NCBI GenBank assembly: GCA_951406725.2 | Contig: OX597817.1 | Span: 10,106,001 to 10,170,000, forward strand | DNA: 64,000 bases | DNA from: Octopus vulgaris | Lineage: Eukaryota | Reading direction: 5' to 3' | Part shown: positions 1-13,377 of the stretch, one piece after another | How the letters are laid out: each line of letters opens with the position of its first letter | Numbering within the stretch: position 1 is the first letter of the stretch | Program-made: the position numbers and the translations under genes | The notes under the pieces: generated by a model | What the model saw: only the letters and a program-made list of their open reading frames with translations | Databases searched by the model: none | Told to the model about the DNA's origin: nothing

Positions 1-140
1 TAGCGTATCCACGTCCTTTGTGTACTTTTGTCTTCTGTATAATATTTCGTCATCTGTCCGTGCCACATTTTTACTGTTCATATATATATAAAATATATAA
101 TATAGACATACATATGTACATATATATATATTAAGTACAC

Positions 141-333
141 GTGCTGGAGGACCGCCTTTAGTCGAACAAATTGACTGTAGGACTTATTCTTTGTAAGCCT
201 AGAACTTATTCTATCGGTTCCTTTTGCCGAACCGCTTGTTTACGAAAACGTAAGCACGCTAACGTCGGTTGTTAAGCGACACACAGTCACGCAAACATAT
301 ATGTGTGTGTGTGTATATATACGACGGGCTTCT

Positions 334-334
<1 letters not shown>
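141..334 (-). mobile_element. SINE family A, 3' half
   Basis: Matches the reverse complement of the full copy at 61172-61604 (gctggag.accgcctttagtcga...cttattctatcggt...ttttgccgaaccgc); ends at the (GATA)n run. Confidence 0.8.
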
Positions 335-419
<85 letters not shown>

Positions 420-440
420 CAGACAGACAGACAGACAGAC

Positions 441-510
<70 letters not shown>

Positions 511-547
511 GTAGGTAGGTAGATAGATAGATAGGTAGATAGATAGG

Positions 548-632
<85 letters not shown>
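335..632. repeat. (GATA)n/(GACA)n microsatellite
   Basis: Directly visible; explains ORFs 259-656. Confidence 0.98.
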
Positions 633-714
633 GTGCGCACGTATGCATGTATGCATAAATGTATGTATCTAAGTAGTTTTTTTTTTCTTAATATTGTGAA
701 GGAATTATATAAGG

Positions 715-748
<34 letters not shown>

Positions 749-1123
749 GTAGGTTTCAGTAAATCAGTGAATCGCTGTTGAGCATGTCGTCAATTCGAAT
801 GACTGTTGTCGGTTTGATAAGTGTGAAATAGTGTAAATAGCTGTCGAGAAAACAGTGTACTGATATGTGCCAGTGTGTCATTGACGTCATGCAATCCAAC
901 AGACTCACTAACAGCCTTCTTGGTCAGTCAGTCTGTCTGTCTTTCGATGGAACAACCTGTCTTATGACCAAGACCTCTCCTGTAATATCTGTCGAGGTGA
1001 CAATTCGCTGCGCAGGGTCTATGCAATTTAACTGATTCAGTATACCCTGATTTAATTGTACCCAGTATACTCTCGTCACTCGTGTACTAGTCTCTCTAGC
1101 AACTCCTTTTGTTCGCTTTCATT

Positions 1124-1473
1124 GTTCGTTCGTTCGTTCGTTCGTTCGTTCGTTCTTTCGTTTCTCGGTTCGTTCGCTATGATTTATCGATTGATGGCTT
1201 TAGCGGCCATTACTGCTGCCACTGTTGCTGCTGCTGCTGCTGCTGTTGATGTTGCTGCTGCTGCTGCTGCAGATAATTTTTACCGCTACTGCTACAGCTG
1301 CTGCTCTCACCACAACCACCACAACTACCACCACCATCATCATCATCATCATCATCACCGGCACCACCACTCATCGTCACAACAATCACTACCGCCACCT
1401 CTACAGCAATCACCACTACCAACACTCTGCCACCACCACTACCATTACTACTACTACCACCACCACCACCACC

Positions 1474-1514
<41 letters not shown>

Positions 1515-1536
1515 CACTACCACCACCACCACCACC

Positions 1537-1603
<67 letters not shown>

Positions 1604-1620
1604 GTACTACTACTACTTTG
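1124..1620. repeat. Compound microsatellite (TTCG)n, (GCT)n, (CAT)n, (CAC)n, (TAC)n
   Basis: Directly visible; explains poly-His/Tyr/Thr/Ser ORFs. Confidence 0.95.
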
Positions 1621-1756
1621 TTTCAGTTCTGCTACCCCTGCCACTGTCTTGTTGCCGCAGCTGTTACTGTTACCATTGTTTTCCTTTTTGTTGTTTGTTG
1701 TTGCTGTTGTTGCCGAAAACACGACCACCGTGCCTCTTACAACTCTTCCTACCCCT

Positions 1757-1827
1757 ATGTGTGTGCGTGCGTGCGTGTGTGTACACATGTGTGTATATAT
1801 ATATATATGTGTGTATATATATATGTG

Positions 1828-1873
<46 letters not shown>

Positions 1874-2632
1874 TATACACACACACATACACACATACAT
1901 ACAAACACACATATACATACACAAACGTATAATGCGTATATATATATGTATATGTGTGTGTGTGTGTGTGTATACCTATATGTGTCTGTACATAATTGTA
2001 CATACATACGTACGTACACATATGTGCGTGTCCGTGTGTGGTTGTTGGTGTCACGCTGGTGAAATATAATTAAGCAAAACAATATATTCATTAAAGCTGA
2101 ATGAATATCTACCTACGTCCCTACACACATACACACATACATACATACGCATACATACATACATACATACATACATACATACATACATACATACATACAT
2201 ACATACATACATACATACATACATACATACATACATACATACATACATTAATACATACATACATACATACATATACACATACACACACATACACATACAC
2301 AATACATACATACATTAATACATACATACATTAATACATACATACATACATACACACACACATACATACACACACACATACATACATACATACATACATA
2401 CATACATACATACACACACACATACATACATACATTCATACATACATACATACACACATACATACATACATACATACATACATACATACACACACACATA
2501 CATACATACATACATACATACATACACACACACATACATACATACATTCATACATACATACATACATACACACACATACATACATACATACATACATACA
2601 TACATACATACATACACACACACATACATACA

Positions 2633-2666
<34 letters not shown>

Positions 2667-2836
2667 CATACATACATACATACATACATACGTATATACA
2701 TACATACATATATACATACATACATACATACATACACACATACATACATACATACATACATACATACACACATACAGACACACACACACACACACACACA
2801 TATATACATACATTAATACATGCATACATACATACA

Positions 2837-2870
<34 letters not shown>

Positions 2871-2915
2871 CATACGTACGTGAAACAGACAGACAGATAA
2901 ACAGACAGGCATACA
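1757..2915. repeat. (TG)n/(TA)n/(GA)n and long (CATA)n microsatellite complex
   Basis: Directly visible. Confidence 0.95.
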
Positions 2916-4628
2916 CAGTAAGAGGGAAATAATTACACCAACTGTTGATGTTACTGTTAATGTGTTGCCCTTGCCATAGCGGTTACTAGTACTATACTAA
3001 TGTTGTCTTCTTTCTAAAATAATTCTACCACAGTTATTAATTTTTCAATGTTGTCACAAGTACTATTATGTTGCTGTCTCTGTTGCAGCTGCTACTGTGT
3101 TGCATCTTATTGACACTACAGTTGTCTGTCATCTTCAATTGTTTTTAAATCTTATTTCTACCGTATATTGTTGATAACTGATTTTACAAAGCACGAGCCC
3201 TGCTTTCACTAATATAGGTTACTTAATTAAAATGACGTTATTATACATCTACTTATGATAAATATGAATCTGGTTATTTTCAGTGTTACAGCTACATGTT
3301 TCCTAGGGAGAAATATATTTATGATTATAATAAATCAGCGAGTTAAATTGTGTTAATGGAAACTGTAACACCAAATGACTCGATAGCTGTATGCTAGTAA
3401 TTCTTAGTCTAACTGCTGCCTCTCAGTAACGTTCATTCCACAATTCTGATGATTTATATCGACTATTCATCGACGGAAGAGGATATCCTCATGAGCAATG
3501 TTTACATAATTTATCAAACAGATTGTACATAACATTGTCAGATACTAAACAAATAATGTAGTCTATTGCTCGAATAACGTATTGTTTACACACGCTTCTT
3601 ATATTGATATTAAAAGACTTTTTTCTTCAGACAAGCAAAACAAAAGTCGCTACTCTTGTATATTTGCAATTGTACTATCAATCAACATTTTAAAGTTACC
3701 TCTCATACAGCTTTCCCATTTTCTGCTGCTTAATCGATCGAACACACCTATGGTACTCCTATATAATAAAATTATTCCAACAATGACTCAAATATATAAT
3801 GCTAAAATGCAAAGGCATTATTGATTAGTGATAGCATACGATAAATTACAATTGAATTTAGATAAATAAATCTGGTTGTTTTTATATAACTTTAGGTCAG
3901 TAATTTTCATGTAAACGTCTTTCTTGCCGTTTTCCTCTTGCACTTTAGAAACATCTGGAACTAATAAATCTATGACATTTCCAATTATTTTTACCAGGAT
4001 GAATACGTTTTCTGACACATTTAAATGCTGTTTCGTGCAAGACAAGAAGCACGTAGCAGTTGCTTGATTGGCAAGTAATAAATCCACTTGTTGCTGTTGA
4101 TTAACACGAGTTCATCTCTGACAAGACAGCTCTATGATTTAAGGTGTCCTAAAGTGAGCATTTCATTGTTTTGTGCATTCTCTATTTAATGCGCTGGTAT
4201 GTGATTTGACTGATATTTGACTGCTATTTCTGTAAGGTTGACTGTCAGATTAAAAGCTACCAGACATTTTGCAGGTGAGAATTTTCTCCCTCAAATATTT
4301 CTCATTGAAAATAATCCGCAGAATTTATATTGCCAGGTCTTCAGTCTATCGAGGATTGTAACCTACGAACTTGAACCACTACTTGCTTTTCTGCTTAAAA
4401 AGACATTCCCTGTAAACCCCGAACCGTTACCACGTATAAGACGCCATTATTCAGTGCTGTCGGCTGGTGCTAGATAAGCCTTGTGTTTGTATATATGTTT
4501 GACACAAAATCACCGGTTAAAATTCGACTGGTCTGCAATCAAAATGTATTTTAGCTAATGGGTAAAATTTAGAACCACAAAGAATGTAGCAGATGATATG
4601 TATGCAATACATACTTTATAAAATTATG

Positions 4629-4659
<31 letters not shown>

Positions 4660-4729
4660 GAAGTATAAGACCGTGTTTTTCCTAAATTACCTATTCCGAT
4701 AGGGTGAAAACTATTACTATTATTATTAT

Positions 4730-5004
4730 ATGCTTGGCTTTTGCTTGGTATTTGTACAAGTTGACTCCAAGACTCACCCAGAGACCTCAAGAGACAAGTC
4801 AGAAGTTCAAGTTGGTGTTATGACTATATTTGGCCTATTGGCCTTACTTTCTCTATCAGTGTGTATTGGCATATCCCATGGTATTGTTGCTTTCTCATTT
4901 TCTGTAACCTTATCTGACGTGTGTGTATGCCATCTTTTTTCTGTTGTTATTCCATAGTGTTGGCATAGCTTCCGTAGTATGTAGGTCCCGACTCTGTCGT
5001 GTCT
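4730..5004 (-). mobile_element. R4/Dong-type (RLE) non-LTR retrotransposon fragment, chimeric or internally deleted
   Basis: Translation RHDRVGTYILRKLCQHYG...ENEKATIPWDMPIHTDRESKANRPNIV is the RHD-to-PD stretch of RLE elements; joined to a 3' tail matching 43030-43117 and ending in (TAA)n. Confidence 0.8.
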
Positions 5005-5158
5005 GTGAATGGATCGATGTAATCGACTACCCAACTCCCCCAAACTTTCAGGTCTTGTGCGTATAGTAGAAAGGATTATTATTATCCTTACTACTACTAC
5101 TACTACTACGACGACGACGACGAGCTGGTAGAATCGTTGGAGCGTTGAAGAGGATGCT

Positions 5159-5195
<37 letters not shown>

Positions 5196-5434
5196 CAATA
5201 TTTTTGAGTATACATTGTCTGGGAGAATTTTCTTATAGAAGAGGAAATAGCTAAAATCTTTTGGCTGCTATTTCTAAAAGTTCGGTGTGTGGTAAAGTAA
5301 ATTATTTTACTGAACCCTAATTATATAACGTAATGTTTTATATATATACACATTTATGCATCCTTCTCTCATTTTTCTCTTTATCCTTGTTTCTCTCATA
5401 CAACTATGTGTGTGCGTGAGTGTGTGTGTGTAAG

Positions 5435-5471
<37 letters not shown>

Positions 5472-5494
5472 TGACATATATATACATACATACA

Positions 5495-5528
<34 letters not shown>

Positions 5529-7211
5529 CATACGTACGTACATACATACATACATACATGAAGAGAGAGAAAATGAAAGTAAGAGCGCAGACAACAGAGC
5601 GGGAGATTGGAAATATCATGCGAATTTGCTTGAATATCGCTTTCTTTAGTTATACTGGTATGACAGGTGTGTGAGAGTGAGTCAGAGTTTCAGATTTTGT
5701 GTGTAAACATATACAGAAAGTATCTCTGGTAACCCACAACGATCTGCGTATTTATAGATATGCCTGCTCCAAATGTTAAAAACATTCGATTCACTGCATG
5801 CAAAGCCAATCATCAATATAACTCTTTAAGCTTAAATCAAATTAAAGCACTCATCATATAGAACGAATGCAGAGACTTGCTTTCAGGGTAAGGGCAGGAT
5901 GAGGGCTTAAGGTGGCATGTGTGTGCCTTTCGCTTATTTCGATTTGTTCAAGTTGAGTTTATTTTATGAAGTGAGAGAAAATGTTCCTTTAAAATTATGT
6001 AATACTTCCGAGGTTATGCTAATGTTGCTTTCCTCCTTGGTACAAGACATCGATTGATGTGTGTATGAGAGAGAGAGAGAGTGCGTACGTGTTTGTATGT
6101 ATGTATATATGTAAGTAGGAATATATATATATATAGAGAGAGAGAGAAAGAGAGAGGGGGACAGTTAATTGCATTGCATAGATAATAGTTGATTTGATGA
6201 GTATATTACGTATATACCATCTACCATTTCAAGATGTTGTTTTATATCTTATTCTTCTACTTTTTTTTTATTTTCATCTATTAAAAAAGCCGTTATTGTA
6301 GAAAAAAACTAATCGTAGAGAAAGAGAGCAATGTCTATCAAGAGGTGGGTAGAGAGAATATAGATGAGAAAGATAAAGCTACGAGCTACAACACCCGGAA
6401 ATAAGCATATTGAACCAATATCGATACTGGCAAAACTGACAAGTTGCTAATGCTAACCACCGGGCCGAATTATTAAAGAGCTTTTGTTTTCTTGATTTAT
6501 GTTTTCTATCTTTTGTTTATTTGATGGGAAATGTTGATCCGTTACCAATCTATCATTGATTAGAAAATGAAAACGAGGAAGAAAAATATTGGATCGATGT
6601 CATACATTTTTGTTTTTTAAACTATCGACGCATAGACATGACGGGACCTGCGCTATACTTGTAATTTTCCAATATATGAACACATACATTACATGTTTGA
6701 ATATGTCAGTAGACTAACAACTCTGATTCATACTTTCATAGGAAATCGTTTCACTGGTAGCGAAATAATTCCCAGGACTTTAGGTGTTTTTCACTCAAAC
6801 TATAACGATTATATAAGGATTGGTTCTTTCTTCTTGGCTGATACTGTTTATGCAAAATACAATATGAAACTATTCCTTTGTAGAGAATATTAATATGTTA
6901 CGGAATACATCCAGAGGATTTGATTTTATTTACTTCAGCAAAAGGAGAACACTTTGTTCAGTTTTAAAATAACCCAAATAAATGTTATGGGAATTACTTT
7001 GGTTGAACGTTCAAGGAATAATCTAGAAAGAAATATCTTATCTTTGATGTATTGTCTGCCCTCAAATACACAACGAGTTGTATACTCTTTTGTTAATCTT
7101 ATGACTTAACGGCTGTTATTCTTAAACATTATACACAAGACAATCAATGTTGTGTAATTTAGTTTGTAAAATCAACCATATATAATATCTAGATATATAA
7201 AGAATATATAA

Positions 7212-7372
7212 AGCTGGCAGAATCGTTAGCACGCCGGGCAACCAAACTTAGCGGTATTTCGTCCGTCTTTATGTTCTGAGTTCAGTTTTCACAGAGTTCG
7301 ATTCTGCCTGTCATCTTCTTGGGGTCAATAAAATGAGTACCAGCTGAGCACTGGGGGTCGATGCAGGCCTTG
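7212..7372 (+). mobile_element. SINE family B
   Basis: agctggcagaatcgttagcacgccgggc...gagttca...gtcaataaaatgagtaccag matches the copies at 19649-20349. Confidence 0.8.
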
Positions 7373-7474
7373 AAATATATACATATAGAGAGAGAAATTA
7401 TTTTAGAGCATAAATATGAAGGAAAAATATTAATGTGAATATAAATTATAAAATGAAAATTGATATCTTTTGCT

Positions 7475-7670
7475 CTTGTTTAGTTCCAGATCAGCATTGC
7501 TTGAAGACACCTATGCTCTAAGCCGTTTCTGTTGTGATGTTCATACGACTAAGAATACATTTACGGCGTTTCCTTCTTTTCTGAGATTTTAGAGTGTATT
7601 TAGAGGGAAACGTAGCAGTTATTTGTTGCTAGTAGAGCGATCACACAGAGAGATTCCCTCGTTGTTTTAC
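7475..7670. mobile_element. Old degenerate interspersed repeat, family F; related pieces near 4086-4250, 9505-9710, 25335-25565, 31600-31670, 32120-32290
   Basis: Recurring motifs ttgtttag...cctatg...atttg.ctgctatttct and their reverse complements. Confidence 0.5.
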
Positions 7671-8034
7671 TATATATTTAATAGATTGGTAAAGTAAAAA
7701 TGTTGAATGCCAAATGTCTGTATTTCCTGCTTATGTATTTGTAAATGCCGACACCCTTCTCGGCGATAGTTACAAGTCTTTTTTATGTACTATATGAAGA
7801 AAAAGAGGTTGAAACGTTCAAGAGATTCTCACGAAAGATACAATAGTTGCAATCGGGTGTTAATGTGAATTTCTCTCAACTCCTCTGCAGTCACTAATTA
7901 CATTATATCTTATTAAAGTGAAATTTCTCTGTGAAATGTATATAGTATTTCAAAATATCTTTTTAATATTATATGTAACATATAGCTGAAGAAACGAAAG
8001 GAAAAAACAATCATCCTCTCAACTCGTACGTGTG

Positions 8035-9290
8035 TTTCGAATTTTAATTTACGCATGGTTACAAGTCTTTGATCTACATATTGAAATAAACGTTGAGAGA
8101 ATTTAATCCTAACCAGAACACATCGTGTAAGACTCGTGACAGCGATTTAAAACACATACATTCACTTTTGTTTTAATTTTGTAATAATTACCCTTTAACC
8201 ACAAGTATTCCATTAGATGTCAGATGGTGCACTTAGATATAACTAAGGAATATGTACTCTTAAAATGTAACAGTACTTTTAGCAGCTCCCTTATCCATTA
8301 TAACAGTCAAAGAATAATATTTTAAAAGTATACATATGGTCTCTTCTAAATGTCTAATTAGGTTGATGTTACTCTGCTTGTATGACTGAACAGGAAAATT
8401 TCCTTGTATTAAATAAAAAGGAAACTAAAAAACAGCTTGTTAATTTCATATTTCTTGTAACTTGAAATATAATATTTAATCCTAGCGTGAAGTTAGATTA
8501 ATTTTTCCCACGAGGATAATTCATTATATGAAGCTTTAAACGAATAATCCTGAACAAATCTCTGATTCTTAAGTTAATGACCTCAAAATTAGCCATCAAA
8601 CTTGGAATAGTGAAGGCAAGAATTAATAGGTGAATTTGTTAATCGGATTAACTCGATAAATAGAATGATAAGTGCTCCGAGAGAATGCTCTGAATCGAAA
8701 CCGACATATATTTGAAGGATTTTTTGAGAATTGCGAGTAATATTACGGATATTTCTCTAGTTATTGATGTTGGAATATAATCCTGTGTAAACAGAACATT
8801 GATTGACCTAGATCGTTACAATGCGCATGGTTTTGAATTGTAAAAATATTATATACATACATATATGTTTCTGAGTATTGAAACTAAATCGTATCTTCTG
8901 ATAAATGAAGAACTTGATCGAGACTTTTCACCGGTTTCAAAGAAATACCAGACATACGCAACCCATTTTAAATGACACATTTTATAATGTAGGCCAGAAG
9001 AATTGTTTTTGTTAGTATGTATGTTTAGTTAGGGCTGTCCTGGGCTAAACACTAATAACTGACAGCTTATTTAAGAAAATATATTCTTCTGGGAACAATT
9101 TTCGACCTGTTCTCTATTTTTATGTAACTCCTGTGTATTTCGAATTTTAATTTACGCATGGCTACAATTCTTTGATCTACATATTGAAATAAACGTTGAG
9201 AGAATTTAATCCTAACCAGAATACATCGTGTAAGACTCGTGACAGCGATTTAAAACACATACATTCACTCTTGTTTAAATTTTGTAATAA
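8035..9290. repeat. Direct duplication of 153 bp (8035-8187 and 9138-9290)
   Basis: tttcgaattttaatttacgcatgg...tttgtaataa occurs twice with about 5 mismatches, offset 1103 bp. Confidence 0.9.
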
Positions 9291-9949
9291 AATCATATAC
9301 AAGGAAATATCTAACCAATTCGACTTCCATCTACAGTCAGGTCACTGACACTTTTTCACAGCATGTGTGCGTACACTCATCTATGTAAATATAATGAGTA
9401 ACTGATTATGTAAATACGAATGCACATGAAAAAATTCACTCAATGAGAATATCATGTATTCTCTACAAAATTCTATATTATTAAATATCACACGAAGGAA
9501 AAAACGAGCCAACAAGGTAGCATTTAGTCATCGTTTGAGAGCTAGTAATCACAGCCAAAGTTACCTCAAATCATTCCCTAGGGTCTTAAAATAGTAACGA
9601 CATATTCAATAATGAATATACGTATCCAAGATATATTGACAAAAAGGAAAAACAAATATGGTCACGAAGAGAGTGCCTTTGATCACAGACTACTTGGATC
9701 AAGATGATCCAGAACTATTTTGGACCACTTGGATGAAGATGGTCTGGAACTATTTTGCTACCTTAAGAGATTTCTTATATTTTGCTATGAGACAATTTAG
9801 CTCGCCAAAAGCCAGAAATACATACACACACACACACGCATACACACACAGGTGAGCACATAAGTGAAAAATGAGGTGGAAAAAATAGTACTCGAATGTC
9901 AAAGATTGGGTAATATGCTTTTATTAAAGCTGCAGAATTATTACAAAGA

Positions 9950-9987
9950 CTGTTACTCAGAGTTTCAGGTTCCCATTCGTCAGACAG
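9950..9987 (-). ncRNA. Minimal type I hammerhead ribozyme in a Penelope-like terminal-repeat remnant
   Basis: Minus strand reads ctgt-CTGACGA-atg ggaa cct-GAAA-ctc t gag-TA-acag: intact core, stem I ctgt/acag, GUA cleavage triplet, near-palindromic stem III; AATAAA follows downstream. Confidence 0.75.
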
Positions 9988-10289
9988 ATGCGATGAAACC
10001 TTTTTGGAAAAGACGTTAACGAAGCAGTTTACACACATTTCTGACATATATATGACGTTTTATGAAGTGAACACCGAAGATTAAACAAGTTCCTGTTTAT
10101 TTTTGATATCCATCTGAAATAATTGTTTTCCGCCTCGATACCGTTTTACTTTACAAATGTATGCAGGTTAAAGCTTACAGAACAGACATGTTAAATTCAG
10201 AATAAAGTTCTCATGTATGTCGAACATAAGATAAGAAAATATGATTAGGCATCTTATATAATCTTTTATTTTTTACATGTTTAAAGCGG

Positions 10290-10447
10290 AGCTCCATACT
10301 GGATTACCGCCTTAAAAGGTTTTAGTCGAAGAAATCGATCCCAGTACTTATTCTTTGTGAGCCTTGTACTTATTCTATCGGTATCATTTGCCGTTATGGG
10401 GACATAAACACACGGTTGTCAAGCGCTGGTGGTGGGTGGGACACATA

Positions 10448-10523
<76 letters not shown>

Positions 10524-10616
10524 CTCGATAGACTTCTTTCAGTTTCCGTCTACCAAATCCACTCACAAGGCTTCGGTCGGCCTGAGGCTGTAGTAGAAGA
10601 CACTTGCCCAAGATCC

Positions 10617-10619
<3 letters not shown>
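10290..10619 (-). mobile_element. SINE family A, 5'-truncated
   Basis: Body match with internal (TA)n; ends at gaagacacttgcccaagat. Confidence 0.8.
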
Positions 10620-10702
<83 letters not shown>

Positions 10703-11157
10703 GGGAATATTACTTCCGAGTACACAGGAAAAGACATTCAAATTAGATGTACTAAAATGAACATCTCTCAATGTTTTAGAGACAGAACCACCTTCAACTC
10801 AATCAACACTGAAAGATTTTATACTCGACCATTCCACAAAATGTTAAATATTAAATCTTGTACTAACTCTATCTATTCTGAATCTTGTGTTTTCCGTTTA
10901 GAAGACAACACGTGTTTCATGAAAGTACGTCGGTATTGATTAGATACGAGGTATCTAGTTTCAATACTTAATCGGGTCGACAAACTCCCAATCTTCAGGT
11001 CTGGATTCCTCAGCATTGTTCACTACCCCTACCTCTTATATACCTCCATCATACTCTATATCTTCAATATAATCTTACTTAACATATACAAATGAATAGA
11101 AATACAAATAATAAATAAAAATAATAAGTGAATATCAAAAATTTAAGGAGTAAAAAT

Positions 11158-11670
11158 TTAAGGAATAAACATTTATGGAAAAACATTTGAAGAGAAAAAA
11201 ATACGAGTAAAAGTTACGAATAACGAATAAAGAATTGCGAATAAACAAATACGAAATAAAAATGAAATAATAATGATGAAATAATAATGAAATAAAAATA
11301 GAGACGAAAATAAAAGTGACTTCTTTCCGTGATGCATTTATTTCCGGTTCCCCTGACAGTACTATACAAAGGAATAGATACACCAGTAGAACTTTCTGAC
11401 ACATTTATTTATTTGTAGTACCTCCTAAACATAGGTGTTATCAAACGCGGATTTTACCTTATTTGCAAGATGTAGCTTTGTCTAATTTTCGCCGAGGAAA
11501 GAAAAGATAAGTTAACATTCGCTTTATTTTCGTCTCTATTTTTACTTCCTTATTTCATTTTTATTTCGTATTTATTTATTTGCAATTCGTTATTCGTAAC
11601 TTTTATTCGTAATTTTTATTTGCATCTTTTTCTCTTCAATTTTTTTTCTCCTTAAATGTTTATTCCTTAA
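11158..11670. mobile_element. Long inverted repeat, foldback/MITE-like
   Basis: 11158-11319 (ttaaggaataaacattt...aaaatagagacgaaaataaa) is the imperfect reverse complement of 11518-11670; about 200-bp spacer. Confidence 0.7.
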
Positions 11671-11745
11671 CGCAGTACTTGTACCACGTCCTCGAGTTGT
11701 TATTTTTCTGGCTTGTTCTTGTTTGGATTGACTATATATATATAA

Positions 11746-11825
<80 letters not shown>

Positions 11826-12575
11826 TTAATCAAATACATTCAATGAGAATACAATATACTGAATTTCTAATAAGTGCCCTCTTGGTAGGGAAACGTCTAA
11901 AACATTATTATAATGTATTTAGACATTTAATAAGGGTGATACTGTATATACAACTATAAAAGGCAAAAATATAACTGCTTTTATTTTCTGCATTTATGGA
12001 TCACACATTGAAGAGAAGAGAATTATGGGATTTATATTTGCACACAGCCATTATGGATTACCGCAGAGGATTTTACCATAGATATTATTTTTTCAAGATT
12101 TTTTGCACAAAATTGCACAAACGCATATCTATGCCAGTAACTTTTTAAACATCTTTAAACATCTTTTTTATATATTTTTAAATAGCATTATATTGACTAC
12201 ACAGAAATTCACACTCCTTCTCTCTGGCGAGTGGATGCATTACCTAATAATGATTATCAATTTTAGATTCCGTTTCGAAGGGTAATATATTCATGAAACG
12301 ATCGTAAGATATTTGAAACTTTTTAAATAATCATACTTTATATATCTATACATCTGTCTTTATTACAATGTTATTTTGGACGTATATCTTCTGTGATGAT
12401 TTTTTGATGTGATTTTCCTGCTCTTATTTTATAATGTGATAAATAAATAAATAAATACATATATATATATATATATAAATTAATGAATATATATATATCG
12501 AAATATTGCATTTCTTAATCTCTGAGAGACTTATACATCACGATAGAATGATGATTTGTTGCCAATTTAATGTGA

Positions 12576-12679
12576 CTGTCGATGCTTATTCGCCTTTGAA
12601 AACTTATAAATTTTGTACATCAGTGAATTTATTTCGCTTGAAATTCTATAAGATTTCAAAGGCGAATAAGCGTCGACAG
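12576..12679. repeat. Near-perfect hairpin with a stem of about 33 bp
   Basis: ctgtcgatgcttattcgcctttgaaaacttata pairs with tataagatttcaaaggcgaataagcgtcgacag with 2 mismatches. Confidence 0.85.
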
Positions 12680-12697
12680 CTAGCAAGCCAAGCTACT

Positions 12698-12738
12698 CCA
12701 GAATGATGAAGAGCAATAACTCTGAAACTAATCTCTGG
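12698..12738 (+). ncRNA. Minimal hammerhead ribozyme variant (A at core position 3)
   Basis: ccaga-ATGATGA-agag caataa ctct-GAAA-ctaa-TC-tctgg; stems I and II pair perfectly; downstream 12789-12885 is homologous to the reverse complement of 35575-35665. Confidence 0.6.
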
Positions 12739-13269
12739 TTGCTGGCTGTGCTGGGTGGAGGTGCTTATCTCACCTGTTTGATAAATTAAGGACACAGAAC
12801 GCTTATGTCACATAGCCAACTAGAAATTATGTTTCCTGGGGCTAAATAACAATAGCATTCTCCCCTTTCTTGGGTCTGCCACATTAAGTTGGCAACAAAC
12901 CATCACTATATATATTTCGTGTTTGGATTTGGTTCGCAAGATTCTTTATGTGAGTGCGTGTGTTGAAGCATATTCTGTTATGTCTAGGGAGAGTCATTCT
13001 CTTTTAGTGCCTTATAATTCAACACAGTCACCGGTAAAATTTCCACTCATTTCCTTATTTATTTTTCTAAAATTTTCATTTTGTCTTCCAACTTTTTCTA
13101 TAGTTGTTGACTCTGTCAGTTATTTAAGCTGCATTCTTTTTGTTTATTTGTGTGCATGTGTGTGTACGCATACACATGTATGTATGTATGTATGCATGCA
13201 CACATACATACATACATATATGTCTATGCGCACATAACTCTATGAATTACTCTTTCTAGACACAACAGA

Positions 13270-13333
<64 letters not shown>

Positions 13334-13377
13334 TTATATATATATACATACGTACATACATTTATACATACATACAC

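Noticed and set aside
259-2916. Long ORFs (poly-His/Tyr/Thr/Ser, IYLS, MYVC)
   Set aside because: Translations of microsatellites, open in several frames and on both strands
3818-4087. 89-aa ORF as a possible coding exon
   Set aside because: No recognisable domain, no ATG start, no convincing splice pair
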